In this document: positions 12,323 through 26,360 of the stretch, piece after piece
Position numbering within the stretch: position 1 is the stretch's first letter
Layout of the letters: every line of letters begins with the position of its first letter
Source: Trichoplax adhaerens
Lineage: Eukaryota > Animalia > Placozoa
Length of the DNA: 64,000 nt
Assembly: GCF_000150275.1 (NCBI RefSeq)
Contig: NW_002060943.1
Span: forward strand, 4,298,008 to 4,362,007
Direction of reading: 5' to 3'
Made by a program: the position numbers and the translations under genes
The notes under the pieces: generated by a model
The model's database searches: none
What the model saw: only the letters and a program-made list of their open reading frames with translations
Told to the model about the DNA's origin: nothing

Positions 12323-14495
12323 TGTTGAACAAGCAAATGTCATGCTACAAACATGATTACATGGCTATTTTTGACTCGAGTTGTGCATCAATCACGTTTA
12401 AACAGAAATATACATTTATGATAAATCTTAAGTTTGCCACCTAAATCTGCAAAATTGATAGAAAATCTTGCAACCTTTTTTCTTTATTCGGCATCCATAC
12501 AAAGGATATTGACCGAATTATAGATCAGAGTAAACGAAAAACTGAATTATTTATAGCTCTTCTAATTCTAATTAAATATTTAAATGAAATTAAACCTTAT
12601 ACCCATAAATTGCTTTCATAAATCAAAAATAATCATTTAATAGATGTCTGGTTAATATCTCTATATAACAAAGCCTTAATTTATTAATTTTTAATATTTC
12701 CTCACTACTACTGAATTATTATTATTAATAATAGATTACTGTTTTGTATACACATAGATAGATGGTGTTTACTACGATACGACTGACGTAAATACACTTA
12801 CATACCGTTCTTTTCGTTATTCTTAGCTTAATTCAGAACTTGTTAAAATTTATAAATTTTTCCTAAATATATATATTTACGTTATATTCATAAACCTTTT
12901 GCAATCGTGCAATTTATTAGATAGTTACAATTTACGGCACGATTTACCGTTTAATTTCGAAAATATTTTTATTTGTTAAACTAAATCAATTGGTATTGCT
13001 ATACGTGTATACATACTTACAAACTTTATGTATCGTTATAGTCTTTTACAAGTTCTTGCAACATGTATAATTATTTTAAGAGTAGGGCACCTTTATTTGC
13101 CTATGTATTCGCTATGACGATTTGCCTTGAGTTACAAGATTGTTAAATAAATCTGATTAATAGAATCTATATTTCATTACTTGAAGTGGTAATAAAGCAA
13201 ATAATTTTACCTTTACTAAAGTATTGAAATGATCAAAAGTATCTTGAGATCATCAGGATTATTCAGGCTTAAGTCCACATATCTGTATTTAGAGATTCAT
13301 TTTTGGTGATTGTTTATTGAGGCAATGGTACGAGCAGTCATAGAAAAATTAGCTACGATGAGTAAATGATAACATATCGTAATCAGATGATGACAGCGTA
13401 CATTTCTAGGATCATTTTAGTGCTCTTTATAATCCATTTAAAGTGGACAAAATTATAAAAGTCTCCATGACTGAATTTTATCGTTAAACTTCGCCTTTTA
13501 GGTTTGTAGTTATCATGCAAAGCGCCGTTCGTTCTGTCAAAATCTAATTAATATCATGCTGTAGGTACTTACCTGTTAAGAGAAAACTCAGGAATTTAAT
13601 TTAATTTACTAATTACAGTATAAAATATTTGACTTACTGTCAATTAACGTACGTTCGAGGTAGAAATGTGGAAAATAATCTGATATTCGGGAATTTTATG
13701 TTTTAGTATTTATATTTACTTCAACCCTTCCTAGTTGAATGTATGCCTACAACTGCACCACTGTTCTTAGTAAAGTCAAGCTTTAAAGCTACCGCATTAA
13801 CTAGATCTATAAATGACCAATAATGAGAGAATTAGCTAAATCACGGATTGATAGTTTAGTCAGTACACTCGCAAGAAATATATGTATTTATTAAGAATGC
13901 ACAAAAAGAGTTCATTTTGAATAGATTATTTATGATGGATATCTCTACAATGTAGATTGGGATGTACCTACATTTTTGATTAAATAAGGTTTTCATTTTT
14001 CTGTTCACATTGTAATTTCTGCTAGTTATAGTATTTATGCATGTGGAAAGTATGATGTTAATACAAAGCAGAGTATTATCGGTATATGAAGTAGTGTAAG
14101 GAAGTTTGATCTATTCGTAGCAGTGAAAACTGATATAGATTTGAGGTTTAGACAGTAGGCGTTATCAGCGCCGTTATATGTAATTAACTCTACTTTGTTT
14201 GTTACTGGGAGTAACTTTTAAATCTAGGACATGCTAAACTGTTAATTGGTTCCTACATCGGCTTCCATGTCGAAATGATAGATAACAAATATCAAGGAAT
14301 TTTGCCGCTTTTTACAGTTATTAATAGATGCTGAATTTTTAATTTTTTCTTTGGCTTTATTTAACGCACTCGGAATCATTGATGAAGAAGCAATTTTTTA
14401 GTTAGGTCATAGTAAGTGTAAATTAAATTACCATAAGTGTACTACGAATGCAATTAATATTTGTTAATTATTTATTTCCTGTATGTGTTGGTTAG

Positions 14496-14646
14496 AGGCA
14501 TATGTTACATAATGTGTAGAAAAAATTACTCAGCGAAAAAAGGGCAAAAATTAGTTTGTTGTTGTTCTAATGATTACTGCAACAATAACAACCGATCTAT
14601 AACCCATCTGCTGGCTTTCGCCTGCGGACCACTCCAACAGTTTTAA
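14496..14646 (+). CDS. Terminal exon of a small three-finger-fold protein (TGF-beta type II receptor ectodomain / Ly6-uPAR-like), or a pseudogene relic
   Basis: Acceptor TTGGTTAG at 14495, then GICYIMCRKNYSAKKGQKLVCCCSNDYCNNNNRSITHLLAFACGPLQQF*. CCCSNDYCN is the diagnostic CCx4CN Cys box. AATAAA cluster at about 14780-14796. Upstream exons could not be resolved. Confidence 0.5.
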
Positions 14647-16260
14647 TTAGAGTGAGTGATGAAAATTTCTAATGTTGACATTAGTATCCATTAAGAATCA
14701 CCTTGTACCAGCATTTATAAACGATACGTAACTTACTTTTGGTAATTTTTGACATCATTTACGAGTATAAATGTAATTAAATAAATAAATAATAAATCTT
14801 GATATTTTATCTGTAGTTGGCCATCGATACGTAATACTGTTCCTGGTACTACTTACATGGCATCGTCATTTTAGCATCTTCGTACATATTTTAACATTAA
14901 TATTATTACGTAATTATCAAACTACTAGTGCAATGTTTGGTATATACTTTCAGTTTACTGCAGTAGAGGTTATAAATAGATAATATATAATCTTCGTGTA
15001 TTACTTACTGTAGCTCATTGTGCCAGTTTATTATAAGCGCTATATTTTACTCTTAAAGTGTATGCAGTAAAAACAGGAGCCATTAGGTGAAAGTGACAAT
15101 GTAATATCACAAGCATATTGATATCCATTTAATTAGTGGATATCTGTAAAATAGGATAACAATTTCTGTGAGGTAATTCATCTTGATCTCAAGGAAGTTA
15201 AAACCTGAAAGAGAAATATTGGCAGTAATAGACTAATAGTAATTGCTTAACCTGCCCTTCGGTTGCCCGTAGTCGTATTCTAAGATTCAGTAACGGTAGC
15301 ACAAGAAACGTTTGTACGTTGCACCTGTTGATAAGTCTATTGAAGGTATTCAAGCATTTGATTATGTATCTCGAAATTATCATTGTTTTGGAACTAATAC
15401 TCTAAAGACAGTTGCAGTTTAATAAGTATGTAAAAGGACGATCAATTGAAAAGATTGAGAATAACTAGTATGATGGTTTATTGAAATTTTTAAATTCTAA
15501 TTAGATCTGTATATCAAAGTAGCGTTTCCCAATGTGGATTCTAGGGTTTCATGTTTTCAAGATCGATTTTCTTTAATTTCAATTCAGAAAGACGTAAGTA
15601 AAATAACTGCCTCATGTGTCATGGTACATGAGAGATCCATATATTTTTTTATATTAAAGTTTAAGTCGACAACAACCACGGGTGGTACATTCATTCTTAC
15701 AGGCAGATTTACTTCTGACATTTGTTTATTTGTAGTTTAGTAAGCTATAAATATTAATTTGATCATGTGCTGATTAACTAAAGTAGGAAAATCACGAGTC
15801 ATTCCGTTGCTGAATACTATGAAATAATATAAGAATAAATAGTCGTCAACTACCGTCGTACCCATTGAAAAAACATTATGCAATTAGACCCTTGTGATCA
15901 TACGAGTTCGCGTTAACGTCTTATATGAAGTACATACTGACTTAACTCAAAAGTTGAATCATACTTGAATTTTAGTTATAAGTAGGTAATATCTTCTTGA
16001 GGCTTCATGATACAGTCCTCTACTACTACTTTAGCACGGCATTGCAGTGCTACCTGAGTCAAACGCTTTTGTTTTTTTTGTGTAGCTTCGATCATAAAGG
16101 TTTTCAGTTATTGGTTCTTTAAAATCTTTTTTATAAATTGGTATAATATTTTAGCTATTTCGCTTTATGTGGTAAGATAAGGCAACTATTAGGCTTAAAA
16201 GAGGCTCATCCGTGACATGTAATCTAAAAAATTACTATGTAATATGTCATAACTTAGGAC

Positions 16261-19200
16261 ATGGGGAAAAAGCGAGAACTATTTGATGCTGCTCGTAGTC
16301 ATGATTTGCCCCGTCTTTTACGAATTTTATCTGTCATATCCAAGAAATTAAGGTAAATGTTTACTACGCTTTGGTTTTGTCGTATAAGGAAGTTGATAGA
16401 AGCTAATTTGGAGAACTTCATTAGTTTACGATTAATACTAGCTACATCTGTGATTGTGTTAAGGAAGTGTTCACAAATAAAATCGATGAAGACAGTATTC
16501 AAACGCATTTATTGCTTCGAATTGAAAATTTCGTGCTGAACTACATTCTTGATATTAATTGCTAACGTAGGGCACTGTCACTAGTAGTTTTTGTAATAAA
16601 TTGAATGATGTTAAATTTCTACATTTTATGCAAACTTAAACGAATTTTACAATTAGTATTAACGTGGAACCGTTGTTGGCGACAATTTATAAGTTCATAA
16701 GACACGAATGAGTTGCTCAAATCTGTATTTTCGGATGTTGTAAGCTTGATCCAATAGTAGCATCACATTCGTATATAAAATTTTATAAATACTATCGTTA
16801 AGAAAATATATAGTTTATAATCGACTCGAGCCGCCATATCTTTCAAGATTACGTTCATTTCATTATTTCAAATATGGTGTAAATATTGCATAAAGTGTGT
16901 AACACTCCAATATTAAATATTTTGTAGCAATGGCGATCTGCTGTCATGTATCGACGATGGTGGAAATACTCCGTTACATTTTGCTGCATTAAATAACTTT
17001 TGGTAAGTTGAATACATTGACCATATTTGCCAAAATGCTACAACGATATTGAGCCCTTAAAGTAGTATAAAAGTAGCACTAAAATTCATGCATTTTTTTT
17101 CAATTATAATACTTAAAATTTGATATCGAGAATTTAGATCGCTTGTACAGTCTATCATTTCGTGGCGTTACAACAAATATCGAAATAAAGATTAACATAG
17201 GATATAGTAGATCTATATAGCTCAGCTTAATGTAAATGTAATGTAGTTGGTAAATCACATGATTAGGATTGAAAATTAATGATATAATATTTTCTATCGT
17301 AGTGATGACGGAAAGGCTTTGATAAATTATGGATTCAGTGCTTGCACTTCTAATTATGAAGGTTAATATCACCGATATCGATTGCATTTGTCAAAAAATC
17401 AGTTTTTAATTTTGGGCTTATTATTTATAAAAAGCTTAATTGCTATGTTATCTAATTTTAAAATCGAATGCTATATGAAGCGGTCTTTGTGTCTATTTTG
17501 ATGCAATAATCATAACAGTGTAATTTAAATCAACTTGTAGAGTATCATTTCTAAAATTGTAGTTATCTGCTTGTATAGCGAAGGAAGTATTTCATGAATA
17601 TTCAGTACTATTTGTTTCTTATAATATCATGCAGTTAAGGAGATGTAAAATTGCTGTTTTTGGAATCTGTTTTAATACGTCATTAGTCTTTTATACTAAG
17701 CATACAAATGATATATTTTCGATTAACCACTGGCATTCCTAACGATAATTAATGAATGTTTAAAATGCGATCTTATCTATCGAAGCTACTTATAATTTAA
17801 ATACACGTAAATCGAATTTAACGTAATTTGCGCTAAATTGCAAGCATCACAGGATATACTAGAGTATAGGGTTGCTTGATTTCAGGATATACCCCAATGC
17901 ATTTAGCCAGCATTGTTGGTAATGCTGAATTTGTTTCATTGCTCTGTGGGTTTGATAATTGCTGTCCGTCCCTTGATATGCAGGTATGCGTCTATGGAAT
18001 TTAAACTTATGTTTTAACGATAAGTTTAATGAATTGATATTACATTTTCTGCAATTAAATTTAATCAATGTTACTACCGATTGGAAAAAGGATCGACACG
18101 GTAATACAGCTCTACACCTTGCAATTGCAAGCAATAAATATAGCGCGTGTGAAGCTCTATTACAGGTTAAGGCAATACAGATGGCTGAGTTGTCTTTATA
18201 TTAATAAAGAAATAGTTTACATATGCCCTTCAGTTGATAAATCTAATAATCTAGATCAATATAGATCATTAGGGCTATAAATTAAGAACATATTTATATG
18301 ATTTAACTGCTCAATTCTCACGGTACGTGAATCGCCTTTAATGTATTGTATGTATTGATTGCCTATTAGTAACGATAGTTAATTCAATATGACAATTTCG
18401 TGCTAACAAAATCGATCTCATGCAGATATATGATTCTGTACGTAGAATGGATGTAATATATATCTAAGGAATTTAATACATGAGACACCTCTAGATGGTG
18501 CTGTAGGGAAAAAAAATATAGAGATGGTAAGTTTATTTTGAGTACTTATCTCTGTAATAAATACAACAATTAGCGATATCATGCGACCTACGCATCTATT
18601 TTTATCTATCTTACTTCAATCTATCGCTTTTATTTTTGCGTCAATGTATTTATTTGATTTTACAGCAATACACGTGACTTTTTATATAAATTTAATACAT
18701 GCCCATAGGTTAAGTTAATCTTAAGGCATTGCCCTGCAGATTTTTCAAAGTTGACGGATAGTGCTAGTACACCCCTGCATATAGCAGTTAGAAAAGGAAG
18801 TCAAGCAATGCTTAAGATTTTACTAAATGCTGGTTTTTCTATCGATGCTAAGGTTAGCAATCTTTAACTTTTTTCTGGCTTAAAATGTAATTTTCATGTA
18901 TTAAGTCAGTAGTTATTCAGGAAATTTGAGATATTTATGGTTAACTTTACGTTTAAGAATGGTTGAAAGTTGTATTAATAAATACCGTATTCAAACATAC
19001 AACATTATTAGTGAAAGATGTATTAGTAAATAGCGTACTCAAACATACGACATTATTGAATGCTTTATACTTCTTTGACATAAATTATTATCCAGTTCCA
19101 GCACTTTATTCCATTCAAAGTAGCCGTAACATTAATATACATGCATACTGTATAAATACAGACTGTAAATGGAAGTTGCTTACATGAGGCAATACAAGAA

Positions 19201-19903
19201 AAAAATCTAGAAATAGTTGGCTTCCTAATTAATAAAGGTATTTTTGCTAATAAATGTAAATATCTGAAGGGTCTATACTTTATCGGAAGGCGATGACTGC
19301 AATGATATTTAGTTAATCAATTAGTAAGCAATAGGAACAGCGCTGTTCTGAAAAGAAGATGCTAATTTCATTTCATTGTATCGTTATGTAGACAGTTATA
19401 GATAAACATGAGAAGTATTAAATTATCTATTAACTACTGAAATATAGGAGCTGACCTAACAATTAAAAATTCCTCAAATCAAACGGTTTTGGAATTGATT
19501 GAAAAATTGCCTAAAGAGGAACACTTACGAATGAGATCGTTGATAATTGGTAAGGGAAATTATCTGCCCAATTATTGTAGTAACAGCTATACCACCTTAC
19601 CAACGTTAGACTGATAATATATACGGTGGACTTTTAAGGCGTATTTATAAAGGAGTTTACTAAAAGGAGAAGTAAAAATCTGCTACGACGAATAATATAT
19701 AAAATTCTTTATGCATGATTTATAATAATGCTAAGCATATAAAATAATGAAGGAACCAGTACGCGTTAAATCTATAATGTTCAATATAAATGGGTATCTA
19801 TTTGACTATACTTAAAAGCTTAAATTTATTCGCAGCATCCCAAGTTAGAAAGCAAAATAAGAATTTAAAGCCAGGAAAAAAGTTGAACTTCGTTAGCAGT
19901 TAA
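16261..19903 (+). CDS. Ankyrin-repeat protein resembling the ANKS1/Caskin N-terminal module (289 aa, 10 exons)
   Basis: Exons 16261-16352, 16928-17002, 17303-17361, 17886-17983, 18091-18165, 18446-18526, 18709-18852, 19162-19237, 19448-19549, 19836-19903(TAA); 870 nt, all phases compatible. Starts MGKKRELFDAARSHDL (cf. ANKS1 MGKEQELLEAAR). Repeats GNTPLHFAALN, GYTPMHLA, GNTALHLA, ETPLD, STPLHIA, GSCLHEA occur in the ANKS1/Caskin order. Confidence 0.88.
18964..19059. repeat. Intronic tandem duplication, 2 x 48 bp
   Basis: TGAAAGTTGTATTAATAAATACCGTATTCAAACATACAACATTATTAG followed directly by TGAAAGATGTATTAGTAAATAGCGTACTCAAACATACGACATTATTGA, inside ankyrin gene intron 7. Confidence 0.9.
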
Positions 19904-22900
19904 TGTTTTATATATTTTATAAGATTTTAAGATTGGATACACAGCCAGCATAAAAATTTTATCAATTGAAGAATGTGATATATTCTTAGCACTTGCTACC
20001 ACTAATACAACTTGGTGCTTTGCGATTGACTAAATAAGTTTCCAAAAATGCTATCTGTAAAACTCAAGTGCTTGCACAGTTTCTTGTTTCTTGTTTGTGA
20101 AGACCAAATTATGTTTGGTTGTTTTTGGTAAAAGTTAACTGTTATATTATGAATTTTAAGGATTAGTGTTGTTGTGAGCATTTCAGTTGTTGGTTGTTTT
20201 AATAATATAGTATTAGAGATGGAGATCAGTTTTATGCTTGCTCTGCATATAAATGTATTTGAGGCATGTTTCTTACGTCAATATGAATTGTTAATGTTCA
20301 AACTTAAAATACCAGCATATATTTTAAAATTAGACTTACGAATTTAAAATGGATCTTAGTATACATAAAAGAAGTCATATTGTCCTTATCTTACATCATC
20401 GTTATTATGATAATACTGTAAAGTAGTATCTATCTCGATCTGAGATCGAAGTTTTCTTCAAGAAATCCCATAATTTTAAATATTTTAATCCTATAACTGT
20501 TTAAGTGTGTTAGGAGTCTAAATGTATAATTTGAAGCTACAACACCTGATAAACTGAGTAATTAAAATAACAATGATATTAATTCTAGGTATAGTATTTG
20601 TTCTAATTTTGAGCTTCGGCGTCTGACATATTTATCATTTTCTTTAAAGTTTGCAACTTAAATTATACTGAAGCTTCGCTAATCTATTCTAGTATGTGGT
20701 ATGTAGTGACTTGGTCCTAACAATTTATAAACGCATTTGGAGTACATAAGCGATCCTTTCAGTTATTTAACTTACAGTCAACAATATCTACATTTGAATA
20801 TATATTGTTATAGTGTTTATTACTAGGGCTGAACCTTGTTTCTATGAACTGGTAAGGTGCTGTTGATATATACGAGCGCATATGTATAACTACTATTAAT
20901 TAAATATTGTTAAATATTTCAGTAAGTATGAACTGAAATAGGGTTACTAGCAGCGTGTATCGCCTTAGTATCGCTGGTGAACAAAACATGTGTTGTACAC
21001 CAGACCTTTTTTTATTCATTTGATGTTCATTCTATATGAAATCGAAATTACTTCATGTGTCTTAATCTTATTTACTGTGGTAAGATCTCTATTTTGTATC
21101 GTTCTAGAGTTGACGACTAAATAGTTCAGCACGATGTTCTGTAGCATTACTCAAAATGAAGGGAATTACTTGTACTTTGTTAACGACAAATAAGTTTTAT
21201 ATTTCCGGTATTTGAAGTAATTATTTAGCTATGATTTATGGCATGTAGAATCACTTGTTGTAATAATAATTATTATAATTACAACTGTCAACGGATAAAT
21301 CGTGTGAAAGATGCGAGTCGGTATCAATTGAGTAAAATTTTCAAAACGCTAACTAATCTAAAAAATCGGTAGCTATAAATAATTCATTAGACTATACGAG
21401 GGTGGTAGGAATAGTCTTTTTAAAGGAGAGGGTGGATTTTGTTATTTACTTTCACCAGATATTGTGTTAGTAGGAGATAGGAATAATGACATGTATCATG
21501 CCGTATGTATATTCCCATACATTAATTACGGTATGTCGTGTTCATTTGACTATCTAATTAATCTACTATCTAATTATCGCAAATGTGAGAACGAAACTGC
21601 CCTAGATTTCTTGTTACGTAGTTAAGACCGTCACGCAATAGCAAATTAAATTTATTCATAAATCATTAACGTGTACGTAATTGCATTTTATGTTGCTAGT
21701 ATGATTTAGGCTTCGCAATGATGCATTATTTTAAACGATAAGCGTAGCTTCAGATAGATTATAATTAATTACAGTGGTGTGCTTATCAAATATCGGGAGA
21801 TCGGTAAATTTACTATCTCATGTAGCATGGAAAGTCGTGAGTATTGCCGATTTCTTGGGAGTTTAGTAGGGCACACTACTGTATACTAAATATTTTACTC
21901 TTTGGAGCAGAACATTTTTGGCTCCAATTCACAAAGCGAACTCACACAAATAAAAGGAATAATTATAATAGATAAATACGGATTGCATCAACAGTTATGA
22001 AGTAGATGCCATGATACTGTATCCGTACAATGACGTTATTATTATTACGTTTTTAGTCAAATTGTGGCATGCTGCTAAATTTATGGTCTTCCATTTTACA
22101 GCTCAATATATCGAGCACGTACGTATGTTTTATCGAGAATATTATATTATTTGTATACGTTAATATACGGTACATACTGTTTTTGTATTCCATGAGTCAT
22201 ATCGTCATAACATATATGCTACATATATATTTTATACCGGGACGCCTTATATTATTATTGTTATTTTTTTACTACACTGCATGGCGTTATTGCAATAGCT
22301 ATGCTTCACTAGGTATCTAAAGTAGCTAAGTGCGATGAATCGATAGATTTCTGTGACAATTCGATGAATTTTATTCTTTTTAAAGCACAAAGCATTAGCT
22401 GGGTGGATCCATTTACATCACGAGTATACGTATTATCAATCATTATTCAATCCATGACTCATCCTGAAATTTTCCAGACTTGATAGCTGGAGAACTTGGA
22501 AACAGCAGAATTATTTGCAGATACCAATTTCGATATTGTATGTATTACAGTTCATTCAGTGCATGATTGTTTTTCTTTTTGGTTCAATTACGAAAAAGCT
22601 TCTTTCTGTTCCATTGGGCTAAATTATCATCACAAGTTTGCAATCTTCCTTTCGTAGCTACAGGCAAGGAATTTTAACAAAAATCTCTTCAGCATTATTA
22701 CTAATTGAATTATTGCAACTCTGTTTACGTCGGACTTGTTAATAGAAATAAACATAATAAGTTTGTAATGAAGTTGACTGGTTAAAACGTTGTCAATGTT
22801 AACAGAAAACGTGTTCTAGTTTGGACGATGTTCTTGTACAGTATATATTTTCCCTATTTTCCATACCCGTACTCAAGACAAAGCACATTACAATTCTTGT

Positions 22901-23552
22901 ATTGCAGAAGCGAGAAGTAGAAATGGCAAAAGCGATAGTACGGATGACAGTAAGAAAATCACCTTTCAATGATATAATTAATTGGTGACAGTATGCTAGG
23001 GCATTGCTATTAGTGTGAGGATGCAGAACCGTTCATCACCAGGTGCAATACGGTACAGATAATTGAGTTATTCATTTGTTTGGTGTTTGATTTCCATTTT
23101 TCGAAAACTCGTCATCGATGAAATGAAAATTAAAATTTAAGATGGGCAATACCTAAACTGTACTATCCGTAGAGAGTGCAGTGATACATTGTCCTATGGA
23201 TTACAGCTAAGCTACTGCAGTTTATCAGCATAAAACAGAAAGGTGTGAAAACACCTCCATAGCCGAAGCAAGTCCAATTTTTTTGCACGGGTTTGAACAA
23301 GATACTCAAGAAGTATAATTACAGTAATAATTAATAATATTCATATTACATTGAATACGACTCCTTCACGAAGTAAAATAGATCAATTTCAAGGAGACAA
23401 CAGGTCAAGTGAAAGCTGTTGTTCTGTTCCTGGAGCGTGTCCGCATCTGTACGGTACAGTGTACACTACAGTATGCCATACTGCTATTGTTCTCTTCAAG
23501 AAAGATGAAAGGCGGATGCTCCTATTAATGTAAACAGATTGTCCAATTATTA

Positions 23553-23562
23553 CCAAATATGG
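23553..23562. promoter_or_regulatory. CArG box (SRF site), distal, actin promoter
   Basis: CCAAATATGG is a perfect CC(A/T)6GG, about 400 bp upstream of the actin ATG. Confidence 0.75.
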
Positions 23563-23672
23563 TTAAAAAAAACAGTAGTGCCCAGTACCACATTCTCTAT
23601 TATTGCAAAATTAATTGTATCTTATCCAGTTATCGATGACACCCTAGCTAATAAACATGAAGATATTTTATA

Positions 23673-23688
23673 CCTTATTTGGAGATAA
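23673..23688. promoter_or_regulatory. CArG box (SRF site), proximal, with abutting GATA site
   Basis: CCTTATTTGG (23673-23682) is a perfect CArG exactly 120 bp from the distal box. AGATAA follows immediately (23683-23688). Confidence 0.75.
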
Positions 23689-23730
23689 AGTAAGTTTTCT
23701 TAAATCAGGATGCGTCTTATCCATGTTACG

Positions 23731-23760
23731 ATTGGTTCATATTCGCTGACGTCTATAAAT
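23731..23760 (+). promoter_or_regulatory. Actin core promoter: inverted CCAAT, CRE-like TGACGTC, TATA box
   Basis: ATTGG 23731-23735, TGACGTC 23747-23753, TATAAAT 23754-23760, about 200 bp upstream of the ATG. Confidence 0.55.
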
Positions 23761-23933
23761 AACTGTCCTGGTGTTAACAAATGCAAGTCCAGCCGTAGTC
23801 TTTATAAAGCTTGCGACAATCGCATGCTAGTCAGCTTTCTCAGAGGACAGTTTCCATTGCTGCTAGAACTATTTCGACGAATAATTACATTAATTTTCGC
23901 ATCAGTTTTCTTTCTACTAGTCTTGGTTAATAA

Positions 23934-25328
<1,395 letters not shown>

Positions 25329-26055
25329 GATCTGATGTATTTTTGTATATCACTTTCTATGTTTAGAATTTCTTCATTTCTATCTTATCATTATTAAATA
25401 ACTTGATTGCAATTTTTTACTTCATATTTTACGGCATGCTGACGTTAACAGAAGTTTAAGCTATCGATTTATTGCTTTACTTTACTGTATTAACAATAAC
25501 AATATCAAGTAGGCATTGAGTATTTTTATCTGATTGTGAGATACTACAGTATGCATAGTAGATGTAACGATGTGCAGAACTATGCTTTCAAATGTACATA
25601 TGTCATGATGATTTCTTCCGTTGTTTCTGATGAAATTTCATAGTGCAGATTGTTCATACGAAATAAATAAAATATCTGTTATGATTGGTAATGGCGATGG
25701 TAATATTTTTCTGTGCATTGCATGCAATATTATGATCACACATTTTACGGATGCGTATCGTACTGTTCAGGTCTCATCATTTAGTTAGTCGATAGAAGAC
25801 TTCCATTTATTGATACGCTGAATAAGGAAGTTAGTTAGCATACTCAAAATAGAGTTAAGGTCGTCCGCGTATTTTTTTTGTTACTATCAGGGAAAGAATC
25901 GAACGATGTCCTTAGCAAGTGATCAGCTTGTTTTACCATAGGCTAAAATTACATTGCGAGTACGTTACAATATTTTCAAAGGTAGTGTTGAATATTTTAA
26001 TTAATTAATTAACTATGATGGATTTATCGTGGTGTCAAGTAATTGAATATGGACA

Positions 26056-26360
26056 TTGTACTGTATAGTACTGTAATTAAAGTCTGAATCGATTGAAATG
26101 GTATACTGACCTGCAGAGGTCATGCCTTTCACTTTCACTAAAAATATACCGTACAGTACTGTACTGTACGTATGCACTAGAGACCGGTACAGTACAGTAC
26201 GTACAGTATCGTACAATGTACTGTAAAGTTACAGTACACTGTACTGTGCTTTACTGTACCGTACACGCTGCTTTACAGTACATACAACTGTACAGGATTT
26301 TCACTCATAACAGTGTAACAAGAAGGGCCTTCTCTAGTCACTACAGTAATGTACTGTAGA
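26056..26360. repeat. Degenerate GTACA/TGTAC (TACAGTA/TACTGTA) repeat tract in mixed orientation
   Basis: Dense run such as CCGTACAGTACTGTACTGTACG..GGTACAGTACAGTACGTACAGTATCGTACAATGTACTGTAAAGTTACAGTACACTGTACTGTG. It explains the spurious ORFs 26013-26216 and 26093-26359. Confidence 0.85.

Noticed and set aside
18963-19187. 74-aa ORF with an internal repeat
   Set aside because: Product of the 48-bp intronic tandem duplication; the true exon 19162-19237 is in another frame.
22380-22740. Mildly coding-like minus-strand stretch between the ankyrin gene and actin
   Set aside because: Stops in the frames examined and no recognisable domain.
26013-26359. ORFs 26013-26216(-) and 26093-26359(+)
   Set aside because: Translations of the GTACA/TGTAC repeat (TVLY/YCTV patterns).
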